Assembly (NCBI RefSeq): GCF_036971445.1
Contig: NC_091473.1
Location: 250,666,001-250,730,000, forward strand
From: Narcine bancroftii
Taxonomy: Eukaryota
Reading direction: 5' to 3'
Length of the DNA stretch: 64,000 nucleotides
A program made the position numbers and the translations under genes. The notes beneath the pieces are model-generated. The model was not told the origin of the DNA and did no database searches. It was given only the letters and a program-made list of their open reading frames with translations. Position 1 is the stretch's first letter; each line of letters begins with the position of its first letter. Positions 22,401-35,119 of this stretch are shown here, piece after piece.

Positions 22401-24789
22401 TTGACTGACCACCTTAAAAATTCACTCCTTCCATCACTGCTGTCGTGTGAAACTCATACCAAAATTCAGGTAGGACATCTTATTTCCATTTATTTCAGAA
22501 TTCCTGAATCTATAGTATTTTAATTTTATTTATGTCACCTAGAATGCAAGTGATCTTTTTATTTTTAAAAATTCTTTGATGGGATCTAGGTATCGCTTAT
22601 AAGTCCATCATTATTTTCTCTCTCTACTTGCTCATGAGAGGTGGTTGTGAGTCAATACCTTGAGCCACTGCAGTGCACTGGTAAAGGTGTTTCCACAGTC
22701 CTGTTGCTCAGGGTATTCCAAAAATGGTTAATACATTGTAAGAATATCTCCAGTGTCAGAGCCAATGGGTGGGAAAGATGGTTTACATTCGGTTCAGAAG
22801 ACCATGGGTCTGGAAGGGTCAGTAATCATATGAAAGCTGGACCTTCATTTCCTATTCACTCTTAGGATACTTCAAAATATCTACAGCCAGTGAGAAGTGG
22901 TTATTATTGTAATGTCAGATTGTTTGTAGGATAAAGACCTGAGGATTCAAACTGGACAACTTTAGCTGTTAACCTCCATGAGATCTTTCCTGATTGCAGC
23001 CTGTAGTAAGTTGCATTGGCAGCTGGAACATTTGAGTGGACACATTGGGTGGGTCAAGATCCCCCTGCCTGCTGTGGGCCAGAATTGCCCAGAGATCTAT
23101 AATGTATTAAAAAAAACACTTGACCCAATCTGTAGAGTCCCCAGGCCTGGAGATAGAACTTATGGAAAATTAGAGGCAGGAGGTCAGTACATAAATATTA
23201 CATTGGAGTATGGGTCATGGGGGAAAAGCTATGAATTCATCAGACTTGGCATTAGGGTTCAGAATGCAACAGCAGAGAGGGGAAAGTGGAGGAAGTAGTT
23301 TGCCATTGAGGTTTTTTTGACAAGCAGGAATAAAATCCCTTCAACAAAGTGCCAAGCTCGTCATGTGCACTTCATAAGCCTGTAGCCTTGAGATTAGAGG
23401 TGAATGCATGCCCTTTGCAATTCTTTTCTCGATCCAGAAAGAATAAACTCATTGTTTTCGTTTCTGTCCGAATTTTTCCCTAATCTCTTCTCAAAGCATT
23501 TAGTTGCAGCATGGTTTTTATTGTTGCAAGTTAACCCTTCTGGACTGAAGAATTGAAGGTCACTTGGTACGGGTTGTAGAATTAAACCAAATCCTAACCA
23601 CAGCCATTTTTTATAGCATTGGGACTGGACACAATAGCAAGCAGCACTAGAGGCTTTCATGGTCTATTCCACACCCCCCTCCCCCACCACCCTGTCCAAA
23701 TGACTGTGATTAATTATTTTTCTCTCCTGACTACCAGCTCAGATGAAATCAGTAAGTGTAGCCTCAGCCAGGAGAGGAACTTGGGTCCACTCTGGTCGAC
23801 GTGACTAAGTTTCACTTGGGTGCAAATTAAAACCATTCTGTAAAATGGATTATTTTTCTGCATTTTATTTGGTAGCACTTCAACAAAATTTCAGGAAGTT
23901 CAGTAAACTATAACCCATTGCTGCTCATGCTCTGTTTTGTTGATGTATATAACAGGTAATGTATTGCATTATGAGGGAACAATTATACAAGGAATGACAA
24001 ACTTTTCTGCAGTGTTTTCATTATCCTGGACCGGCCCAAAACTCTCTACAGCTCATGGAATAAATATCCCCTCCGTTTGTAATACAGAAAGCAAGACAGC
24101 CTATTTCTTTTTTATGTAAACACTAGACTGGATTGCTGATCTATATTGAGTAAAATAATTGTGATTTACACCATTCCTTTCAGAATGTGCAGTATGTTCT
24201 TTAAAAATCCTCATGCCTATATGCGCCTTTTGACTACAGTGTGTGTCATTCTATTATCTTATCTTAGTCACGTGTTGTATCAACACTTTCCACTGTTTAC
24301 TTTTAAGTGTGCTTTTATCATGGAAAATGTGTATGTAATCTACTGTACGATTGGACTGCTACCTCTCCAGAATTCTTTCAAATGCCTTTCTGCCATGGAT
24401 TTATAGTTTTTATGAGCATTTAAATTTCAAAGGTTCCAAATGAGGCTTTAACCTGTATTAAAATATATTATTTTACAAAATTATAATTGAATTTAACTAT
24501 TGAATTATTTTTTTTGTGCCTTCTAATTCTTTTGTTAAATGTTTTTACTTGAGTGGGGATGTCATTTGTTTACAGTAGCTTTTGTTCTTCGACCAGTTTG
24601 TAATTATTTGCATGTGCCCCCCCAAACTATTCCTCAGTTAATTAATAATTTTTAGGGATTTCTTAGAAATAGAGATTCCCTAAGAATCTCTATTTTCAGT
24701 TAATAAATAGTGAGAGGTAAAGAAGGACATTGGTCTTGCTGAGTTGAGAAAGAAGAGGTATTTAGGAGAAGTAGGAAATTGAAAGAAAC

Positions 24790-25338
24790 CCTGGCAAAAT
24801 TTTACAGAGGTGTGGTAGAAAGTGTGCTGACCAGCTGCATCATGGTCTGGTATGGAAACACCAATATTCCTGAGCTTTAAAGCCTTGCAAAAGGAAGTGG
24901 ACACAGACCAGGATATCACAGGCAAAACCCTCCCCACTATTGAGCACATCTACAGGAGAGCAGCACCAATCATCAAAGACCCACACCAGCCAGCACACGC
25001 TCTGTTCTCGCTACTGCCGTCACAAAAGAGGTATTGGTGCCACAAGACTCACACCACCAGGTTCAGGAACTGCTGCTCCCCCTCCACCATCAAACTCCTC
25101 ATGGACAAACTCAATCAGGGACTCATTTAAGGACTTAGTTGTGCACTTCTTTGATTTTCTTATTGTTCTCTCTGTATTGCACAGTTTGTTTACATTTCTT
25201 TGTTTGTTTACATACTTTACTCTTAGTACAGTTTATATTTTTCACTACCATTTAGTGGTGATTCTGCCATGCCTGCAGGAAAAAGGAATCTCAGGGTTGT
25301 ATGTGATGCCATCTATGTACTCTGACAATAAATCTGAA
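24790..25338 (+). mobile_element. Rex1/Babar-type LINE 3' end
   Basis: KALQKEVDT...KDPHQPAHALFSLLPS...RFRN, tail CTGACAATAAATCTGAA. Confidence 0.8.
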
Positions 25339-25475
25339 ACCAGATGGTAATTACAGGCTGCTAAATGCATTGGTGGTCTAATTATGTATGTTAACATTTA
25401 AAGCGTGCAATAGATTTTTTAAAAGAACTGAATTTTAAAATGTGGATTGAATTCTATCCACAATTTGCTGCTGTC

Positions 25476-25644
25476 ATTGGGCACCTGACTACATTAATTC
25501 ATACCTTGATGAAGGGCTCAAGCCCAAAACATTGGTTATGTATCTTAATCTTTGCCATATAAAGGACACTGTTTGACTGGCTGAGTTTCTCCAACATTGT
25601 GTTTTTACTTCAACCACAGTGTCTGCAGACTTTCATGTTTTACT
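25476..25644 (+). mobile_element. Short Penelope-derived insertion with hammerhead-like motif and 12-bp TSD
   Basis: TTTGCTGCTGTC at 25464-25475 and 25645-25656; CATACC-TTGATGA-A-GGGCTCAAGCCC-AAAAC-ATT-GGTTATG at 25500-25540. Confidence 0.85.
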
Positions 25645-26636
25645 TTTGCTGCTGTCTGACCTTGCTTGCCTTGACTTCCAGTGTGTAATCAAAGATCAAC
25701 TCACATATACAAATATTATTTGAAGGGATGCAGAGTATTGCCCAAATATTGTTGTGCAGGTTATCAGTTCAAATCAGTTGTTACTGGAACAACAGCTGGA
25801 GAATGCACAAAGCACCAGCTAAATATCCTTATACAGTACTTCTGGAAAATACTATAAACAGAACCATCATTTCTGTCAATGGAAAGAGGCCATTTGGCCC
25901 CTTGTCCATACTAGCTGCTGCTCGAGCGATACAATAAGTTAAATTTTCAACAGTTGGAGGTCAAATGATTAGAATAACTTGTTAAAAAATAGCCTTATTA
26001 TCTATGTGGGTTCAGATGCCAATTCAGCAACTTGAATCCTTATTGCAGTCTGCATCTGTTCTATCTTTCGACTGAGAGAGGCTAATCTTGCTTCTCTGAT
26101 TGAAATGATAGATCCCAAGGAATTCTCCTGATGATAAGACCAACATCTATCCTTCCAAACACCAGAAACAGATAACCAAGACTATTGATGTGTATCAGCC
26201 TTGCCCTGATGGAATTGATCACCTAATTTTAAGTGAATACTATTGTAAAATATGCAATTGGAAGCTAACTGAGAAAGATGCAAATCCGGGCATATTCTTT
26301 CCTACAAAAAAAGCAGAAAATGGTGGTGACAATCAACAGGTCACGCAGCATCGGTAGAATGAGAAACAGATTTAGTGTTTCAAGTTGATGACTTTTCTGA
26401 AGTTATCACCTCCAACATTGACCCTAATTTTTGTTGCACAGGTGTTGTTTGACCAGCTATTTATAATATGTTCTGTTTTTGATTTCAGTTTTCTAGCATC
26501 TGAAGATTTTAAAAAAATTTTAAATTATATTTTCTTTCTTAATTGTAAGGTGAAGCCATTTTATTCAGTGCTATTTCTAAATGTGATCAAGTTGGAAAGG
26601 ACTGGAAATTCATTCTACTTCCAACAGTATTTTATT

Positions 26637-26760
26637 TCTGCGGACACCGTGGTTGAAGTGAAAACAATGCTGGAGAAACTCAGCAGGTCAAACAGTGTCT
26701 GCAATAGCAAAGATAAAGATACAGAACCGACGTTTCGGGCTTGAGCCCTTCATCAGGGGC
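26637..26760 (-). mobile_element. Short Penelope-derived insertion with intact hammerhead core
   Basis: Same family as 25476 on the minus strand. Confidence 0.8.
26729..26756 (-). ncRNA. Minimal type I hammerhead ribozyme motif (putative)
   Basis: CTGATGA-A-GGGC-TCAA-GCCC-GAAAC-GTC: both conserved core boxes, 4-bp helix II, palindromic ACGT helix III, GUC triplet. Activity untested. Confidence 0.65.
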
Positions 26761-27524
26761 TACTCCTATCATTTTATTCCTATCTCTTTTTAAAAAAATT
26801 TTCCTCAGATATACATTGTGAACTCTCAGCAATTATTCAGTTTTGTAACAGGCAAGATTGCTTGTCTGAATTCTCACACTGTTTTCCCACAGTTCTTGTG
26901 TGTTCATCAAGGTACAATCTCTGCTTCTTCAATGAAATCTTGTGTGTCTGTTTTCTCTGGCCGATTCCGGTCCAGCTTCAGAGTCAACTTTGGTTCAGGC
27001 ACAACTCCAAAAATATGAACATATAATCCTGTCTGGCTGTTCTGAGCAGCATTGCAGGGTCCCTGAAGACCAAAACATGCCTTTAAGATGAAATATTGAA
27101 CCCTACTAAAACAAAAATTCAATGCATTACATTGAAGGAGAGGTGTGGAGATGAGTCTCTAGAAGTTGTCAGGTCAATATAACTGAGGGATACTGCATTT
27201 GTAAAGCACTGCATCTGCAGTATTTCCAATTTTTCGGCAATACTTAAAACAAAAAAAGGCTAGAACTACCCGGCAGCCCAGGCTGAACCTGAGAAAAGAG
27301 GAAAGAGTTGCCAATTCATGTTGAAAATCCTTCCTCTGAATGGTCTCATAAGTATAATAAATGTAGTCGAGTTGCAGATGTTTTCAAAAGAAAGCAATTT
27401 GTTTCATAATCGAAGGAAAGCAGATGCATTGACTAATGGTGCTGTTTAACTAATTTTAATAAATGATTCATGGTTGCAGATTAGATTATATCTTCTGATA
27501 AGAGTGTATATTTTTCCACCATCC

Positions 27525-27830
27525 CTCTTTGGCTTGGCTTCGCGGATGAAGATTTATGGAGGGGTAAATGTCCACGTCAGCTGCAGGCTCGCTGGTGACT
27601 GACAAGTCCGATGCGGGACAGGCGGGCACGGTTGCAGCGGTTGCAAGGGCAAATTGGTTGGTTGGGATTGGGTGTTGGGTTTTTCCTCCTTTGTCTTTTG
27701 TCAGTGAGGTGGGCTCTGCGGTCTTCTTCAAAGGAGGTTGCTGCCCGCCGAACTGTGAGGCGCCAAGATGCACGGTTGGAGGCGAGATCAGCCCACTGGC
27801 GGTGGTCAATGGGGCAGGCACCAAGAGATT
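27525..27830 (-). mobile_element. RTE-clade LINE 3' end
   Basis: SLGACPIDHRQW...CPCNRCNRARLSRIGLVSHQRAC and the family 3' terminus. Confidence 0.9.
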
Positions 27831-28216
27831 CCACCATCCAAGGACTGTGAAAATCTCACATCAATTTATTCAGCTGATAATAATAGTCTGTCAATGCTGG
27901 GGTTACACTTGATATCGTTAAACATTCTTGTTTGTGAGAAATATATGGGGCGAAATGCAAGTATTAGTTAACATTTCTGACAAATCAGTTACTTAAATAT
28001 AACCCTGTTTATTGTTTATTCACAATTTGCAAAACAAAAACAGTAAAAAAAGGAATGCATAGAAAACCAAAGATTTCTTCACATGTTCTGCCCAACCTAC
28101 ATCATCAATACACATTAACAGATTATCTCATTCAAGTTGAATGCACTTGGTTGTATGTAAAATTGTATTTCTCTAACTCGAAAATCATTGATTGAAGAAA
28201 CATTAATATATAGCCT

Positions 28217-28460
28217 GGCGGCACAATTAGCACAGTGGATGATGCGACTCTGTTAAAGCACCAGCGACTGGGGTTTGTATCCTGTGCTATCTGAAAGGAG
28301 TTTGTATGTTCTCCCCGTGTCTGCATGGGATTCCTCTGGCTGCTCCACCCTTCCCACCCTTCAAAAATGAACTGGGGGCTGTAGGTCAATTGGGTGTAAT
28401 TGGACGGCACAGGCTCATGGGCCAAAATGGCCTGTTACAGTGCTGTGTGTCTAAATTTTT
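28217..28460 (+). mobile_element. V-SINE (HE1-like)
   Basis: GGCGGCAC head, GGAGTTTGTATGTTCTCCCCGTG core, GGCCTGTTACAGTGCTG tail. Confidence 0.8.
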
Positions 28461-28488
28461 AAAAATTATAGTTAATTCTGTCCTTGAA

Positions 28489-28870
28489 ATAGAACATAGA
28501 GCAATATTGCGCAGTACAAGTCTTTTGTCCCATCATCATGTGCCAACCTTTCCAACCTCTTATGTGCCTATTCAAGAGCCTTTTAAATGTTGCTATTGTA
28601 ATAGCTCCAACCACTACCCCTGGCAATGCATTCCAGGCACCCACCACCCTCTGCGTAAAAAATGCCTCACCCCTGTCATCTCCCCTAAACTTTCCTTCAC
28701 TCACATGAAACAGATGTCCTCTGGTATTGGTCATTGTCACCTCAGGAAAAGGGTGCTGGCTGTCCACCTCTCATGCCCCTGTGCCTCTCGTAATCTTATA
28801 CACTCTTGTAAGTTGCCTCTCATCCTCTGTCATTTTAAAGGGAAAAGTCCTAGCTTGGTCAACCTTTCAA
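28489..28870 (-). mobile_element. CR1/HER1 3' fragment
   Basis: TRGH...FFTQRVVGAWNALP. Confidence 0.8.
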
Positions 28871-30548
28871 TGGTTCGAACAAACAATTGGTCTCTTGCAG
28901 TCGAGCACAAGTTGCTTCAACATCAGTTTTCCAATTAAACCATCCTGCAACTGTATTTTATTTCATTTCATGTTAACGCAATTGCCAATATAACATTGAT
29001 TTTCATGTTCAACTGGAAATTATAATTTTATTTGCAAAATCATCAACATAATTCATCCATTATTAAATTTGTATTCATGCAATATTTTCTTGAGAAATGT
29101 CATATATGTGACAGCTTGATAATTTATTTTATCCGAGATATGTAAACTAAATGTAGAGGTCAATCTTGGTTACACTACATTACTGGATATTGTTCATATA
29201 AAGGTGCAGTTGCAATATATTCAACTTCTTTTAGAAATAAATATTGATATCTAATTAGTAAATTAATGTAGCATTTTTCCTTGTTCAAGCATATGTACAT
29301 GCACATACACACATGTCGCAGGGTATTGAAGGCAAAGGTCTTGGTCAATGCATGCAAGAACACTGTCCTGCAGTGTTTTCATTTTCTTGAGTGTCAAATC
29401 TCCCTTCAGCTCTCTTGCAGAGAACATGATAATTGAGAAATGTGCTTGATAAAGCATGTGAAATGTTTCCAGCGGTAGTGGGAAATCCTGCAATTTTACT
29501 GTGATGAAATGAAGGTCCATTGTTTTATATCTTATTCTGATTCATTATCTGTGGAATTTCGCATCTCTCTCAAATTTACTTTGCTTTCTTGAAGATTTCA
29601 AAACCAACTTTGCAAAGAATCAGAGGTTGCCTTGTGATTTCTTCTCTTTACCTTACCCTATTAAGGTGGTTCATATTATGGGTGCTGTGTAACCTACTGG
29701 GGATGATGAAGAGAAAAAGGGGTTCAGAAATGTAAGAACGCAAAAATAGAAACAAGTGTCGCCCATTTAATTAAATCACTGCTTCCACCTTTACTTCAGT
29801 GCCAATTTCCTGCATATACCATAATTTCTTTACTATTTAACTCTGTCAATCTCTGTCTTGAATGTACTCAGCATCCAATCTACCGTGGTCCTTTAGGGTA
29901 GAAAATTCCAATGAATCGTCACACTTTTGGGTGAAAAAATTTCTTCTCATCTCAGTCTTGAATGGCTAACCTCTTATTTTGAATTCTTCAAATGACATGG
30001 GTGTAATCACGATAAGTATGGCTGCTAAATTTAATCCTGACATGTCAATAGGAATTCCTGATCTGGATGCCCCACCAGAAGAAATGTCAACTCACCTCCC
30101 CCCTCTTAAGAATTTTGTATGTTTCCATAAGATTACATCTCATTCTTCTGAATTTAGGAGACTATGAGGCCAACTCAATGCCTCTTCATATGACTTGGAA
30201 AAATGAGGGTATCAGTTAAAGCTAGCTGGAAATTTATGGTGGTAATCAAGAAGCCTGCAGATGCCAGAAAGCTGAAGCAACATGTAAGAGCTTTGGTCTG
30301 AAATATCAACTCTCTCTTGCTTCCTATGCATACTGCCTGACCGGCTTAGTTCCTCCATCACCTTGTGTTTTGCTCTCAAAATATAAAACCAAAAAGTAAA
30401 AGTTTTTAACACTTACTTATAAAAGAGATCAAAGTAAACACTGGTCCTACAAAAAGAAAATGTGGGCAATTAATAATGGAAAATAAGGAGGTAGATGATG
30501 AATTAAACATGTATTTTTTTATCTGTCTACACTGTAGACACTATACAG

Positions 30549-31976
30549 TGTCCTCCCAGAATCACAGTGCACCTTTCGCGCAAACAGAGGAACTACTGAC
30601 ATGGTCTTTGCCCTCAGACAGCTCCAAGAAAAGTGCAGAGAACAAAAGGGCTTTGGCAAATACTAGAGCGCCTCGAATGTCCCCCAAAGTTCCTCAACAT
30701 GGTTATCCAACTGCACGAAAACCAACAAGGTCGGGTCAGATACAGCAATGAGCTCCCTGAACCCTCCTCCATTAATAATGGCGTGACGCAAGGCTGCGTT
30801 CTCGCACCAACCCTCTTTTCAATCTTCTTCAGCATGATGCTGAAACAAGCCATGAAAGACCTCAACAATGAAGACGCTGTTTACATCCGGTACCGCACGG
30901 ATGGCAGTCTCTTCAATCTGAGGCGCCTGCAAGCTCACACCAAGACACAAGAGCAACTTGTCCGTGAACTACTCTTTGCAGACGATGCCGCTTTAGTTGC
31001 CCATTCAGAGCCAGCTCTTCAGCATTTGATGTCCTGTTTTGCGGAAACTGCCAAAATGTTTGGCCTGGAAGTCAGCATGAAGAAAACTGAGGTCCTCCAT
31101 CAGCCAGCTCCCCACCATGACTACCAGTCCCCCCACATCTCCATCGTGCACACAAAGCTCAAAACAGTCAACCAGTTTACCTATCTTGGCTGCATCATTT
31201 CATCGGATGCAAGGATCGACAACGAGATAGACAACAGACTCGCCAAGGCAAATAGCGCCTTTGGAAGACTACACAAAAGAGTCTGGAAAAACAACCAACT
31301 GAAAACCCTCACAAAGATTAACATATACAGAGCCGTTGTCATACCCACACTCCTGTTCGGTTCCGAATCATGGGTCCTCTACCGGCATCACCTACGGCTC
31401 CTAGAAAGCTTCCACCAGCGTTGTCTCCGCTCCATCCTCAACTTTCATTGGAGCGACTTCATCTCCAACATCGAAGTTCTCGAGATGGCAGAGGCTGACA
31501 GCATTGAATCCACGCTGCTGAAGATCCAACTGCGCTGGGTAGGTCACGTCTCCAAAATGGAGGACCATCGCCTTCCCAAGATCGTGTTATATGGCGAGCT
31601 CTCCACTGGCCACCGACACAGAGGTGCACCAAAGAAGAGGTAAAGGACTGCCTAAAGAAATCTCTTGTTGGCTGCCACATTGACCACCGCCAGTGGGCTG
31701 ATGTCGCCTCAAACCGTGCATCTTGGCGCCTCACAGTTCAGCGGGCAGAAACCTCCTTTGAAGAAGACCTCAGAGCCCACCTCACTGACAAAAGACAAAG
31801 GAGGAAAAACCCAACACCCAACCCCAACCAACCAATTTTCCCTTGCAACCGCTGCAACCGTGTCTGCCTGTCCCGCATCGGACTTGTCAGCCACAAACGA
31901 GCCTGCAGCTGACGTGGACATTACCCCTCCTTAAATCTTCGTCCGCGAAGCCAAGCCAAAGATAGAAAGAAAGAAG
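30549..31976 (+). mobile_element. 5'-truncated RTE-clade LINE (RT domain to 3' end)
   Basis: GVTQGCVLAPTLF, LFADD, FTYLG, C-terminal CxxC...H zinc finger, AAAG-rich tail; one internal deletion and a frameshift near 31640. Confidence 0.95.
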
Positions 31977-31987
31977 ATACTGTAGAG

Positions 31988-32235
31988 CAGGGATGGCTAA
32001 ACCTTTTTTGGTTGTGGGCCAGATGCAAAAAAAAGTCACAGACCAAACAATATTAAGCCTGGCAGTTTTCAACCACCATCGGCTTCTTTAATAGGCTGTT
32101 TAAAGCCTGTACAGGGCTGGCGGCAGTCAATCTGGGCAGTTGATCCCATGGGGGAATGCTGAGACTTCTATCGGGCCCCTTAAAAATGGGCAACAGACTG
32201 CAGTAGGGCCGATGGCCATAGTTTGGCCACCTTTG
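31988..32235. mobile_element. hAT (Charlie-like) MITE
   Basis: CAGGGATGGCTAA... and ...TTTGGCCACCTTTG termini; flanks CTGTAGAG / CCATAAAG resemble a decayed 8-bp TSD. Confidence 0.55.
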
Positions 32236-32499
32236 CCATAAAGCTTGCAAGAAACATCCCATTGTAGCTGTTATTCAGGAATTTAAAATGGAGGAAGGAA
32301 CTCGGTCAAGCCACTTGACAAATGCTGCTGAGCACATTGTAGGAACTGTGGTTCATTCCAGACCCTTAAAAGGTGTGACTAGAGCAACATTGATGTATTC
32401 ATTTTAATTTTACAAAAAAAATCCCGAAATTCTCAGAAGGTTCCACTAAATTGCAAAAGAACAAGAGGAACTCCTTTATTCAAAAGAAGAGACATAAAT

Positions 32500-32722
32500 G
32501 GCGGCATGGTTAGTGTAACGGTTAGCGACCAGGATCGGAATTCTAATCCGACGCTGTCTGTAAGGAATTTGTACATTCTCCCCATGTCTGCGTGGATTTT
32601 TCCTGATGGATCCCAGTTTCCTCCCACAGTTCAAAACCTATTGGGAGTTTAGATCAATTTGGTGGCATGGGCTCAAGGGCTGAAAAGATCTTTTACCCTG
32701 CTGTATTTCTATATTTAAATTT
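32500..32722 (+). mobile_element. V-SINE (HE1-like)
   Basis: GGCGGCATGGTTAGTGTA head, GGAATTTGTACATTCTCCCCATG core. Confidence 0.75.
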
Positions 32723-32729
32723 AGAAGGA

Positions 32730-33270
32730 GGAAACTACAGGGTAATTACTTCACATCTGTCATCAGGAAACTGTTAGAAGCTGTCGTTAGAGGCATTATA
32801 GCAGTATACAAGGTAAAGTCAACATTGTTTTGTCAAAAGGGGATCATGTTTAACCAATTTATTGGAGCTCTTCGAAGAAGTAACATATGCTGAGGATAAA
32901 GTACGTTGGATAAGCTATACTTAGCTTTCCAGAAGGCATTTGATAAGACAATGTGTCAAAGTTTATTTCAGAAAATAAAAGCTCATGTTGGAGAAGATAA
33001 CGTTTTGACGTGGTTAGAAGAGTGGCGAGCTAACAGGAAACAGAGGTCTTTTTTCTGTTTGGGAATGTGATGAATGATGTGCTATAGGGACAGTGCTGAG
33101 GTCTCAACATTGTGCAAATGACTTGGAGGTGAGCACCAAGAGTATGGCTTCTAAATTTAACTCAGACGTAGAGATAGGGATGAAATTAAACAATGAAGTG
33201 GATGGAAGGAAGCTATGAAGAGATGGAGATGTTAAGTGAATGGGATAATGTAAAATTGGCTATTTTGGCG
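32730..33270 (+). mobile_element. Old degenerate CR1 fragment
   Basis: SCLTNLLELFEEVT and FQKAFDK remnants; probably continues the fragment at about 30420-30540. Confidence 0.65.
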
Positions 33271-34129
33271 GGGAAAAATAGAGCATATTTATCTTCTTGA
33301 TAACAGTGCTGACATGTTCTGGAAAATTGTATCCAGTATTGGTTTCATTGGATTGGAAGTAGTGTGGACTAAGTTTACTGAACTTCCTTCCCATGTAATC
33401 CAGTCTGATCTGTATCAACCTGATCCCAAAATTACAGCATCGCCAGATGTATAGCTGCAAGAAGATCAATGTTAAAGCTTTCAAAAGAATCCATAAAGGA
33501 ATCTATTTTACAATGCTTCCAGCTTTAAGTTACAGGAGTTAACAGGTTGAAGCGAGCAGATACCATAGCTTCAGGGCTGTCCTTCAGGGCTTGGCATCTA
33601 TGAATAGCTTTTTATAACAAGAAAGTCCTGGACTAGTTTATGAGAATGACCAGGACATTGAAAAACTAATTGACCCCAAATGTAAACTGTATTTGAACCA
33701 CTACCATAGCTCAAAGGAAAATAAACTGGTGCATGTAGAACTGAATCCACTCCAGAACCAAGGTAACCTAAACCTCAATGGGTGGTTAAGTTATAATATG
33801 CAGCTAATGCTTGTATGCACTTGGAGAAGTTTACGAGAGAATGGGCATTAATCTCAAAATCTATGAATCAAGAGATCTCTGCCAGCCTGTCTGCTCTGTG
33901 CAACTCTGCATTGAAGAGTAAGGGTTCATGGCAGGACCCTAGAAATTTGGACCACCTTCCATATCACAGTGATGAGCTGTTTCTTTTCCTTTCATGAATG
34001 GTGGAGCTTTCAATCTTGGAACATCTTCTGTTTGCAGTTAATTAGCAACACTTGCAAATCTGTAGGGGTCATTTACTGCATCTGGTTTTCCCTATGCAGA
34101 TTCCTCGATGTAGGGGAGACTCGATGAAG

Positions 34130-34670
34130 ACTTCCAGATTGTTTCATTGAGCACCTTCACACTGTTGCAAGGGATCCCTGGTGTCCAAAAAAAAATTAAT
34201 TCCATGCACCATTGCCACATTGACATGTCTGTTCATGGTCTCAGATACTGTCAGATTAAGACCACCCTTAAATTAGAGGAACAACACCTTATATTCTGTC
34301 TTAGCAGTCTCCAACTAGACGATATCAATATTTGCTTCTCCAATTTCCAATAAACCCCTGCCCCAGACTTTTTTTTCCGACTCCTCTGTCTCCTTTCCTC
34401 CAGCTCCCCCAGCCCTTCCCTTCTTTCTCCTATCAGAGAACTATGCTTCCTGGCCCTTTGCCCTCTCCCCTATCACTTTTCAGCTTCTACCTGTATCAAT
34501 CTATTACCTGTTAGCCTGTGCTCCTCCTGCTTCCTCCCTCCTCTCCTCTCCCCCTCCCCTTGCCTTTGTATTCAAGTGTCCTCATTTTTCCATATTTCCA
34601 ACGCCCAAAATATTGGTTATCTTTTACTTCCTATGGTTGGTGCATGATCTCTTCAGCACTTTTCTGTATG
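34130..34670 (+). mobile_element. Penelope-like 3' remnant
   Basis: DMSVHGLRYCQIKTTLKLEEQHLIFCLSSLQLDDINI (GIY-YIG C-terminus) and pyrimidine-rich UTR. Confidence 0.8.
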
Positions 34671-35119
34671 GCAGAGGGTGAACAGACATAAGGTTCAGGC
34701 TTTAGCTTTAGAAGAGTGAATGCAGATAAATAGAAAAGAAAGATTTCATTTATGTTTTGTGTCACGTTGATGCAAGGTCCTGTGGCTAAAATCTAACACA
34801 AATCCCAAATCTCAGTTTACATCAAAATGTCAGCTTTCAAGATAGCATAGATTCCTTTCTACAAATAAATGGGAAGATGAAAATAATTAATTTTTTTTCA
34901 CCTAAATTTCAATCAGAAGACCTCATTGCAATCTCCTTAACTGTTTTCTGTGCACGGAACCAGAGTCATGGATCCACCTCAAGCCTTTTTCAAGACATTT
35001 TCTGAAATTGATGATTTGAATACTAACAATATGTCATCGTCATGGGTACCCTTAATCTTCAAGGATGATGGCCTTCATTCCATTGATCCACAGAGCAAAG
35101 ACGCTTGTGCGTTATAACA

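Noticed and set aside
26907-26940. DFIEEAE resembling Tec-family kinase alphaC
   Set aside because: Followed immediately by stops; no other kinase motifs.
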